A stretch of 64,000 nucleotides of DNA from an uncultured Gemmatimonadaceae bacterium (GTDB taxonomy: Bacteria > Gemmatimonadota > Gemmatimonadetes > Gemmatimonadales > Gemmatimonadaceae). The DNA is taken from the NCBI GenBank assembly GCA_963716745.1, contig OY970320.1, forward strand, positions 736,001 to 800,000, written 5' to 3'. Each line of letters starts with the position of its first letter. Position 1 is the stretch's first letter. Under the pieces are notes generated by a model that had not been told where the DNA came from, did not search any database, and saw nothing but the letters and a program-made list of their open reading frames with translations. Positions 25,867 to 34,649 of the stretch are shown here, one piece after another. A program made the position numbers and the translations under genes.

Positions 25867-26991
25867 CTACTCCGACTTCCAGAAGTCAATGCCGCCCGCC
25901 TGCTGGCCCACGTCCACGCTCGCCACTCGCACCAGCGAATGCAGGTCGATGATGTCCACCGTGCCGGGCTCCGAGCCGACGCCTTCGAGCGTCACGAACG
26001 CGTACCGGTCGTCCGGCGAGATCACCAGTCCGCTCGGCACGCGCCGCGTCGTCGGAATGCGCGCCAGCTCCGCGCCGCTCTTCGCGTCGATCACGCTCAC
26101 CGACTTCCCGCGCTTGTTCGTGCCCACGATGAGCTTCCCGTCGTGGCTCGCCGCGAGATTGTAGATCCCGTCACCCGCCGGGATCGCGCCGCCACATCGT
26201 CCACGATGTGAGATCGATCTCCACGATGTCGTTCGACTTGTTGCACGCGACCCACACCGTCTTCCCGTCCACGCTCGGCTGCGCCCACGTGGGCGAGCAG
26301 GTGACCGCGGGCATCTTCATCGCGCCGGACACCGGCCCCGCCGCGCCCATCTCGCTCCCCTTCGTGAGCATGAAGTGCCGGCTCACCGCGAGCTGGTCGG
26401 CGTCGATCTCCACGAGCGCGTCGCTCATCATGCACGCGGAGTACTGATGCTTGCCGTCGGGGGCGAGGCGCGAGCCGTGCGGCATCACGCAGGTGGGAAT
26501 GCGCTTCACCTCCGCCATGCTCTCGCCGTACACCACACTCACGCTCGACGTCACCATCTCGCCATACGCGTTGAAGTTCACCGTCCACGCGTACTGGCCG
26601 TTCGGCGACACCGCGACCGTCGCCGGGAAATGGCCGAGCTCCACGCGCCCCGCGAGCGAATCGTTCGCGGTGCTGTACTTCCACATGGCGCCGTTCGGCG
26701 TGCCGTGCGCGGTGGTCACGTAGTACCACCGTCCGTCGGGCGACACCGCGATGCCCGTGCGGCCCACGAGCTCGGTGCGATTGGTCCCACTTGATGCGTG
26801 CGCTCCACATGCGCGCCTTTCGGCCCGAAGCGCACGAGCGCCACTTGGTCGTTCCCTTCGCTCGCGACGAACACGAGGTAATCGTGCGCCGGCGGCACGG
26901 GTGCCGGCGCGGCTTGCGCACTGCGCGCTCGCGCTCGCGCACCGGCCGTCAGTAGCAATGCCGCGAGCGCGCCGGCGCGCAGCGCGGTCAT
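25867..26991 (-). CDS. YncE/YVTN beta-propeller protein (frameshifted)
   Basis: Signal peptide; AVSPDG repeats; CVMPHG, CSPTW. Confidence 0.8.
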
Positions 26992-29053
26992 GGATGCAAC
27001 GGCGCGGCCGGCGGCATCACCGGCTGCTGGCCGCTTGGGATTCACGCGAATGATCCAGAGCCCGTTGTTGAAATCGTTCACGTAGGCGAGGCCGTCCTTC
27101 GGATTCACCACCACGCCCCAGTCGAATGCCTGGTTCTTGCACGTTGCCATCCATGTCCGCGGTATTGAGCGATGCGATCTCGCGATGCTGCGCCTTGAGG
27201 TCGCCCATCGAGTTCGCCCGAGATGTCGAACACATGGAAACCCGCGTCGTACGCGCCCAGGTAGAGCGTGTCGGCCACCTGCCACACGTTGTGCACGCCG
27301 CCCATCTCGGGCGTGTACCACGCCACCGACCGCGGATGCTCAATGTCGCTCACGTCGATCACCTGCAGCGTGCCGTACATGCGGTCGCTCGACGCGTCCT
27401 TCGCACCCTGCACCGGGCCGTTGCGATACACCTCGTCGGCGATGAAGACGTACTTGCCGCCGCGCTGGCGCCACGCCGTGTGCGTGCCGCGTCCGAAGCC
27501 CGGCGCCGACGCATCCTCCACATCCTTGTACAGCGAATCGAGATCGTACTTGAACTGCGAGATCATCACCGGCTTCGTCGGGCGTGCCGCCCCACTTCCC
27601 GTTGCCGATGTCGAGGATCACGAGCCCGTCGTTCCAGTAGCTCGCGTACATGATGCCCATCCACGATGTCCAGGTCGTGCACGTAGCGCGACTGGCGTCG
27701 GGGCGGTCGGTGTGCCACGAGCCCGCGCGCTTGGGATGCGCGGGATCGTCGATGTTCACGATGTCGATCGCGCCGGTGCCATCGTTCGTGATGAACACGA
27801 ACTTCCCGTACTTCTCCGTTCTCGTAGATGTAGATCGAGTGCACGCCGGCACTCACACCGTCCACGAATTGCGAGAGCTCTTTCGGGTGGAGCGGATCGT
27901 GCGTATCGGCGATCACGATGCCGTTCTTCCGGTCGCTCGCTCCTTCGCGCGTGAACACCATGTAATTCCCGTCGGCGGTGTTCTGCATGTCGTTCACGAG
28001 CCGCGTGTTCGACTTGATCGAGTCCACGACGACCGGCTTCGCGGGGTTCGAGATGTCGATCGCGTACACGAGATCGCCGCCCTCGTGCGTGCCGAGGTAC
28101 GCGACTCTGCCGTTCGGATGGATCCACACTTCCGAGGTTGCGAATCGCGTACGTGCCACGCGTCCCACGACGGTCACGCCGCGGCGCACGTCGCGCGGCG
28201 TCACGATCACGGTAGCGGACGCCGAGCGCGAGCCGAGCATCGCGGTCACGGTGTACGTGCCCGAGCGATACGCCACGAACTGGCCGCTCGGGCTCAGCTG
28301 GCCATCGCCCGGCGAGAACGCCCACGTGGGTGTGAGTTCGGACACCGCTTTGCCATTCGCGTCGCGCGCATCCACCGTGAATTGCACGACGTCGCCCTCG
28401 CGCACGGCGGGCTTCGCCGGCGACAACGCGACCTTGCTGATCGTGTTCGGCAGCACGCGAACGCTCACCGCACCCGAGACCGCTCCCGCGCTCGCCGTGA
28501 TCTTCACGCTGCCGGGCGCGACGCCGCTGATCGTGCCGTCCTGCGTGACCGTCGCCACTTTGTCACCGCTCGATTTCCACGAGAGCGCGTTGAGATTGCG
28601 GTCGTTGCTCTTTGAGAACGCCGCGCCGGTCACGCGCAACGACTGACCCACGAGAATGTTCACGGCCGCCGGCGCGACGCTCACGCGCACCGCGGGCCCC
28701 GCCACGCCGCGGAATTGCACCGAGGTCGAATCAATGTACGGTGCGGAACCCGGGACGACAGCCGACAGCGCCAGCGGAAACTTGCCCACCGAGCTCGCGA
28801 TGAGCCACGAGCTGCCCGCGGCGATGTCCCCCTCTCCCTGCCCGCCCAGCATCTTCACCGAGATCACGGCGCCCGGCACCGCCTCGCCCTTCGCGTCGAG
28901 CGCGCGCAACACGAGTTGCACGGAATCTCCCGCCGTGATCTCGCGCGTGGCCGGCATCACCTCGATGCGTTTGACCGGCGACGCCGGGAGCGGCGCAGTG
29001 GGAGCTTGCTGGAAAAGGAGCGCGACGACAGGAAGTACGACGTGGAACGACAT
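26988..29053 (-). CDS. Ig-like (Big_2) + LVIVD-repeat secreted protein (frameshifted)
   Basis: WKSSGDKVATVTQDG Ig motif; YASYWNDGLVILDI, LQVIDVSD repeats. Confidence 0.8.
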
Positions 29054-29128
29054 TCGGGAGCTCCGGGCTTGGGTGAGAGTGTTCTGAAAGCTCCCATTCC
29101 GCTTCACGAGTCGCAAGCGCGATTCGGT

Positions 29129-29224
29129 CAACTAACTGCTTGACAGGATTAACATGATGAACAGGATGAACCGCCCAGGCGGTCCATCCTGTTCATCATG
29201 TTAATCCTGTCAAGCAGTTAGTTG
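29129..29224. repeat. Perfect 40-bp inverted repeat with 9-nt internal periodicity
   Basis: CAACTAACTGCTTGACAGGATTAACATGATGAACAGGATG and its exact reverse complement, 16-nt loop. Confidence 0.92.
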
Positions 29225-29275
29225 CCGTTTCCAGATCCCCCAGTATGCTACGGAATACTTCAGCCCACGATGATC

Positions 29276-29668
29276 ATGCCTCTTCCCAAGATCACCAGCC
29301 TGACGCCCGTCTTCATCGTAGAGAGCGTCGAATCCTGTCTCGCGTTCTGGGTCGACCGGCTCGGCTTCGTCGCGGAGAACCAGGTGCCCGGCCCCGACGG
29401 CAAATTGATCTTCGCGAGCGCGAAGAAAGATGGGATCGAAGTGATGTATCAGACTCGCGCGAGCGTGCTCGCCGAGCGGCCGGACGCCACCGCGGAGCTC
29501 ACCGGCAATTCCACCGTGCTGTTCCTGCAGGTGGATGATCTGGATGCGGCCGAACGCGCGATGAAGGGCGCCCCCGTCGTGAAGGCGCGGCATACGACGT
29601 TCTACGGTTCAACGGAATTCTACGTCCGCGAGCCAGGCGGGAATGTCGTGGGTTTCGCGAAATTCTGA
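29276..29668 (+). CDS. VOC/glyoxalase family protein
   Basis: LTPVFIVESVE..LAFW, TFYGSTEFYVREPGGNVVGF. Confidence 0.85.
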   Translation: MPLPKITSLTPVFIVESVESCLAFWVDRLGFVAENQVPGPDGKLIFASAKKDGIEVMYQTRASVLAERPDATAELTGNSTVLFLQVDDLDAAERAMKGAPVVKARHTTFYGSTEFYVREPGGNVVGFAKF

Positions 29669-29760
29669 ACTGCAGACTGAGACGTTAGACGTTAGACGTT
29701 AGAATACGAACGGCGCGCGCAGTCTAACGTGCTAACGGTCTAACGTCTAGATCTGCAGTT
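29668..29760. repeat. Heptamer palindrome, TTAGACG units (related arm 31641-31671)
   Basis: AACTGCAGACTGAGACGTTAGACGTTAGACGTTAG ... CTAACGTCTAGATCTGCAGTT. Confidence 0.82.
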
Positions 29761-30277
29761 ATTGGTACTGCTTCAACTCCGCCAACGTCCACGGCGTCGT
29801 GCGCGACGCGGTGGCAGCGCGAATGGCAGCCACTTGCTCGGCCGTCACTTGTGCGCCGGTGTTGCCCCACGAGCTGCGCTCGTAGTTGATCGCCGCGGCG
29901 ACATCGGCATCGGTGAGCGCGGCGCCCTGCGGCGGCATCATGCTGTTGAACTGCTGTCCCTTCACCGTGACCGGACCGGTGAGTCCCTGAAGCACGATGC
30001 GAATGTGTGCGTCCGCCTTGCCGTTCACGATCTCCGAGCCGGCGAGCGGCGGGAAGGCGTTCGGTAGTCCGAGTCCGGTGGCCTGATGGCACACGCTGCA
30101 TGTGGCATACTGCGCCGCACCCGCTTGAGCGGCCGGAGCAGCCGCCGTCGCCGGCGCCGCCGGGGGCGCCGCGTTCGATCCCGCGGCGGGCTGGTCCTTT
30201 GCGCCGCCACAACCCATGACAAGCGCGGTGGAGAAAAGAAAAGCAGTGACGAGTGCACGACGGTCGTTGATGCGCAT
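29759..30277 (-). CDS. Mono-heme cytochrome c lipoprotein
   Basis: Lipobox VMGC, CSVCH, FPPLAGS, MMP distal Met. Confidence 0.9.
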   Translation of the reverse strand: MRINDRRALVTAFLFSTALVMGCGGAKDQPAAGSNAAPPAAPATAAAPAAQAGAAQYATCSVCHQATGLGLPNAFPPLAGSEIVNGKADAHIRIVLQGLTGPVTVKGQQFNSMMPPQGAALTDADVAAAINYERSSWGNTGAQVTAEQVAAIRAATASRTTPWTLAELKQYQ

Positions 30278-30363
30278 GCTTGCACCTCCGTTCGTTCGGT
30301 TGGGAGACTCAGGCTTGGCAATAGTATAGGCCGCCGAGGATCGCGCGCCAGCAACCGCAACCA

Positions 30364-30480
30364 CCGGGAACCGATGACCGGGAACCGGTGAGGCATGAAC
30401 ACACATTCATCACGACATCGCGCAGTGTCGTTACGAAATGCGTAGTCATGCCTCACCGGTTCCCGGCCATCGGTTCCCGG
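30364..30480. repeat. Heptamer palindrome, CCGGGAA/CCGATGA units
   Basis: About 35-bp near-perfect arms CCGGGAACCGATGACCGGGAACCGGTGAGGCATGA. Confidence 0.85.
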
Positions 30481-30490
30481 CAGTTTGCCG

Positions 30491-30643
30491 CTATGCCGCG
30501 ATCCGTCTTCCCGTCACCAGATTGAACACGATCGCAATGAGCGCGATCACGAGCAGCAAATGGATCAGCCCCCCGCCCACGTGCACAACGAAGAAGCCGA
30601 GTGCCCACAGGATGAGCAGGATGACCGCGATGGTATACAGCAT
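30491..30643 (-). CDS. Small membrane protein, lmo0937/DUF5670-like (50 aa, below ORF-track cutoff)
   Basis: MLYTIAVILLILWALGFFVVHVGGGLIHLLLVIALIAIVFNLVTGRRIAA. Confidence 0.85.
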   Translation of the reverse strand: MLYTIAVILLILWALGFFVVHVGGGLIHLLLVIALIAIVFNLVTGRRIAA

Positions 30644-30673
30644 TGGAACTCCCGGTTGGTGTTGGTAAGGGTC

Positions 30674-30889
30674 CTACGACTTCCGCATGGCGCCCGCGCC
30701 AATCAGCGCGACGCCGCCCACGATGCCCACGATGCCGACCCACTGGGGGATCCCGTGCTTGTCGGTATCGGTGACGGCCACGTCGCCCACCTTCGCGACC
30801 TCTTTCGTGGTCTTGTAGCTCATGCCGCGGAATGTGATCACCGCGCCGAGCACGAGCAGCAATATTCCGGCAATGATGGATGAGCGCAT
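30674..30889 (-). CDS. Small two-TM membrane protein
   Basis: Two TM helices flanking a short polar loop; GAGG RBS. Confidence 0.75.
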   Translation of the reverse strand: MRSSIIAGILLLVLGAVITFRGMSYKTTKEVAKVGDVAVTDTDKHGIPQWVGIVGIVGGVALIGAGAMRKS

Positions 30890-31112
30890 GGTGCCACCTC
30901 GAGATGGATGAAATGCCGATGCCGCGCGCAGCGCGCGGGGATCAACGTTTCCGAATTGTGTCGGGCCACTCGGCGCTGCCGCAGATGCCGGTGCGAGGGC
31001 ACTTTGCCCTCCGCCAACTCGCGCGACGCCTCGGGGGAGCTCTATCGGGGCTCCGTACCGCTGGAAGTATAGATACGAAGAACTCGCTCAATGCGCAATG
31101 AGCGCGGGCGAT

Positions 31113-31514
31113 CTACTTCTTCTCCGCCTCGAGTTTGGCGATCGGCTTGTCGCCCTCGAACAGGGTGAGCACGGTGCCGCTGATCTGATAGTTCGTCGTC
31201 TTCGAGAGCGCGTCGACGAACGACTTCTCCTCGTCGGCGAACGGCTTGGGGCAGCTCTTCTGCGTGCCCGTGAACGCGCTGATCTTCACGCCGTTCTTGC
31301 CGTGCAGGGAATAACCGCCGGCCAGCGTATTGCAGCCGCCATTGCCGGTCACGGTGTGTCCGGCGGGCGTCAACGTGATCGCGGCAACGTACTGCGCCGA
31401 ATCCGTGACCACGGTGCCCGCACGCAGATCCACGAGCAGCCACTTGGTATTCTCGAGGGTCACCGCGTGCGCGGCCGCCACGGCGGCGAGCGCGATCGAC
31501 AGGAGCAGCTTCAT
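31113..31514 (-). CDS. META (HslJ-like) domain protein
   Basis: LENTKWLL, GNGGCN, TQKSCP, L.LF. Confidence 0.85.
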   Translation of the reverse strand: MKLLLSIALAAVAAAHAVTLENTKWLLVDLRAGTVVTDSAQYVAAITLTPAGHTVTGNGGCNTLAGGYSLHGKNGVKISAFTGTQKSCPKPFADEEKSFVDALSKTTNYQISGTVLTLFEGDKPIAKLEAEKK

Positions 31515-31660
31515 CGGGGCCTCCGGAGTCCCAAGGTGCATCGTGCATCGGGCATCGTGCCTCGAACATACACCACTGTCAGTACCGCGGCACGAGGAAC
31601 GATGCCCGATGCACGGTGTCTTACCCCGTGGAGTCGCTTTCTAGCGTCTAAGTCTAACGT

Positions 31661-31936
31661 CTAAGTCTGTAGTTTCTCATCCTTCACTACCACGATCGTA
31701 AATCGAACCGCCAGCGCCGCGATGGCGCCTATTGCGACCCATACGGGCATCAGCATCGCGCCCACCACGCCGACGGTCAGCGGGATCTCCAGCAGGGTGT
31801 GACCATCCTCGGCCTTGATGATGATCCGGCGCGCGTTCCCCTCGCGCACGATCTCCTTGACGCGCGCGACGAGATCCTCGCCATTGATGCGATGCTCCTC
31901 GGTGCGCGTGGGGCCGCTGGATTCAGGTGCCGTCAT
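31661..31936 (-). CDS. DUF4342 family protein
   Basis: LVARVKEIVREGNARRIIIK..LLEIPLTVG. Confidence 0.85.
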   Translation of the reverse strand: MTAPESSGPTRTEEHRINGEDLVARVKEIVREGNARRIIIKAEDGHTLLEIPLTVGVVGAMLMPVWVAIGAIAALAVRFTIVVVKDEKLQT

Positions 31937-32041
31937 GTGCCGTCTCCGGTCGCGGGTTCGTGATGGATCAGCAGGCGAAGTTCCTTACGCGAAGGGATGG
32001 ATAAAGTTGCGCTCGAACTCTGGAAGCGGGAGAATTGACGC

Positions 32042-32686
32042 ATGAGGTGGAGGGGCGGTGCGCTGATCATCGTATCGAGTGTCCTGCTCACGGCAGCTCC
32101 GGCCGCGGCGCAGGACTCCACGCGCGCCGGTCTGCCGGGCGGTTGGGTGGTGCGTCCCTCCGCACTCACCGAGGTCGATGACCGGATCAAGCAGCAGGCC
32201 CGCGGCGTTTCCGCCACCGATCCGCCGCAGCGGTCCGCCTTCTGGGATGCCGCGTATCCGGCGACGCCGGCCGAATATGACTCGGTCGCGGGCAATGCGC
32301 TGTTGCTCATCTCCGCGATCGCGCACGATTCGGTGAATTTCCCGATCTCGTCCATCTATCTCCAATCGGGCGGCAGACTGTACGAGCTGCAGATGGTCCG
32401 GTCCGTCCTCACGCGCCGTGCGAAGAAGGACGACGCGATCGCGCGCACGTACGGCCGCTATCGCGAGGACGTGATCTGTCTGCTGCCGATGGCGATCAAT
32501 CGCGACGGCGCGCGCCTCATCGTGATGTTCAACGGCGAAGGGACCGCGGCCGTGGGCACGATGGGTTCCGTGCTCCCACCCGCCGTCGCCGGCTTGCTCC
32601 GGGCGCCGCCGAAGCGCACTGTTCCCAGCGAGCAGGCGCTCGCCGACATGATCGCGCGAGAGTATCCGGGCCTGCTCGACGAGTGA
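32042..32686 (+). CDS. Hypothetical secreted protein
   Basis: Signal peptide, open 214 codons. Confidence 0.65.
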   Translation: MRWRGGALIIVSSVLLTAAPAAAQDSTRAGLPGGWVVRPSALTEVDDRIKQQARGVSATDPPQRSAFWDAAYPATPAEYDSVAGNALLLISAIAHDSVNFPISSIYLQSGGRLYELQMVRSVLTRRAKKDDAIARTYGRYREDVICLLPMAINRDGARLIVMFNGEGTAAVGTMGSVLPPAVAGLLRAPPKRTVPSEQALADMIAREYPGLLDE

Positions 32687-32724
32687 GCTGACGCCGCTCG
32701 CCCACTTCGACCAGCGGAGAGACA

Positions 32725-32988
32725 ATGACAGGCTTTGCCATCAGCGTCACGGGCCTCATCTGGATGCTTCTGATCGGCGCCCTCGTCGGCTTTCTCGCGG
32801 GCAAGATCATGAAGGGGAGTGGATTCGGCGCGCTCGGCAACATCCTCGTCGGCATCGTGGGGTCGATCCTCGGCGGGTTCGTCTTCGGACTGCTCGGCAT
32901 CTACTCGGGCAGCCTCATCGGCAGCCTGATCATGTCCGTCATTGGCGCCTGCCTGCTGCTTTGGATCATCGCGATGATCAAGAAATAG
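32725..32988 (+). CDS. GlsB/YeaQ/YmgE transglycosylase-associated membrane protein
   Basis: IGALVGFLAGKIM..NILVGIVGSILGG. Confidence 0.9.
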   Translation: MTGFAISVTGLIWMLLIGALVGFLAGKIMKGSGFGALGNILVGIVGSILGGFVFGLLGIYSGSLIGSLIMSVIGACLLLWIIAMIKK

Positions 32989-32995
32989 CACGGCA

Positions 32996-33482
32996 ATGAC
33001 GACCCCCGATCCTGCGCGCCAGCTCCTTCGCCACACATTGGCGACGCTGGCGTATCGCGCCGCGAAACCGCTGCGCGATGCGCCGCCGGAATTCGCCGGC
33101 TTCCGTCCCAAAGGCTCGAGCCGAACGCCCGCCGAGATCCTCGCGCACATGTGCGATCTGATGGACTGGGCGCTCCATCTTGCGCACGGGCAGCATACGT
33201 GGAACGAGACGCCCGTTCAGGCGTGGGAGAGAGATGTGAAGCGATTCTTCGACGCGGTCGCGGCCTTCGACGCCGTGCTCGCGGGACCGGCGCCGTTGGG
33301 GCGGACGCCGGAAATATTATTCCAAGGCCCGATCGCGGATGCATTGCAGCATACGGGACAATTGACATATCTGCGCCGTTTGAGCGGTGCGCCGATGAAA
33401 GGGCGAGAGTTATGCGCGGGCGGAAATCGTGGCTGGAAGAGTCGGGATCGAGCAATCCAAGCCGAAGATCGAATTCGATTAG
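32996..33482 (+). CDS. DinB-like protein (frameshift near 33410)
   Basis: EILAHM, QGPIADALQHTGQL..LRRL. Confidence 0.75.
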
Positions 33483-33489
33483 CAGTTCC

Positions 33490-33663
33490 CTGTGAGCTGT
33501 TGACTGTGAACTGTCGACTGGCAGTCACTCGTGACTGTTTACTGGTGACTGCGAGTTCTCAAGCGGGCATGTGGCTCGAGCCACCTGCGCATTGAGAGTC
33601 GCAGTCACCAGCAAACAGTCACGAGTGACCGCCAGTCGACAGTTCACAGTCAACAGTTCACAG
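33490..33663. repeat. Family A hairpin, arms in opposite (inside-out) order
   Basis: Arm 33490-33552 and reverse-complement arm 33601-33663. Confidence 0.9.
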
Positions 33664-33680
33664 AAAAACAACAACTCCGC

Positions 33681-34649
33681 ATGCACGCGATCCAAGTCTC
33701 CACACTCGGCGGTCCCGAGGTCCTACAAGCAATCGACCTCCCCCGCCCCACGCCGAAATCCAACGAAGCGCTGATAGAACTCCGCGCGATCGGCGTGAAT
33801 TTCATTGACGTCTATTTTCGCGAAGGCCGCTATCCCACCTCCCTCCCCTTCATTCCCGGGCAAGAAGGCGCGGGCGTCATCGTCGAAGTGGGCGCCGACG
33901 TCAAGAACCTGAAGCCCGGCGACCGCGTGGCCTACACCGGCGCTTTCGGCGCATACGCGCAATTCCAGTCGGTCGCGGCGAATGCGCTCGTACGCATTCC
34001 CGACACGATCGATTTCCGCCACGCCGCCGGCGCGATGTTGCAGGGCATGACCGCGCATTATCTCACGCGCAACAGCTACGCGATCAGTGCGGGCGATATC
34101 GTGCTCGTGCATGCGGCGGCCGGCGGCGTCGGTTCGCTGTTGGTGCAAATGGCCAAGCGGCTCGGCGCGACCGTGATCGCCACCGCGGGCACGGAGGAGA
34201 AAGCCGCGCTCGCGCGCGCCGAAGGCGCCGACCACACGATCGTGTACGCGACGCACGATTTCGAAGTGGAGACCAAACGCATCACGGGCGGCCGCGGCGT
34301 CAACGCCGTGTACGATGGCGTCGGCAAGGCGACGTTCGACAAGGATCTCAATGTCCTGCGCCCGCGCGGGATGCTCGTGCTCTATGGCGGATCGAGCGGC
34401 GCGGTGCCGCCTTTCGATCCGATGATCCTCTCACGCAAGGGCTCGCTGTCGCTCACGCGACCCACGCTCGCGCACTTCATTGCCACACGTGATGAGCTCG
34501 AGATGCGCGCCGGCGAAGTGCTCGACGCCGTTTCGAAGGGCGACTTGAAACTGCGCCTCACGCACGACTACCCGCTGGCCGACGCGGCGCAAGCGCACCG
34601 CGATCTCGAAGCGCGGCGCACCACCGGCAAGGTGCTGCTCATACCCTAG
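33681..34649 (+). CDS. qor: NADPH:quinone oxidoreductase (zeta-crystallin family)
   Basis: IGVNFID, GMTAHYL, HAAAGGVG, YDGVG, RRTTGKVLL. Confidence 0.92.
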   Translation: MHAIQVSTLGGPEVLQAIDLPRPTPKSNEALIELRAIGVNFIDVYFREGRYPTSLPFIPGQEGAGVIVEVGADVKNLKPGDRVAYTGAFGAYAQFQSVAANALVRIPDTIDFRHAAGAMLQGMTAHYLTRNSYAISAGDIVLVHAAAGGVGSLLVQMAKRLGATVIATAGTEEKAALARAEGADHTIVYATHDFEVETKRITGGRGVNAVYDGVGKATFDKDLNVLRPRGMLVLYGGSSGAVPPFDPMILSRKGSLSLTRPTLAHFIATRDELEMRAGEVLDAVSKGDLKLRLTHDYPLADAAQAHRDLEARRTTGKVLLIP

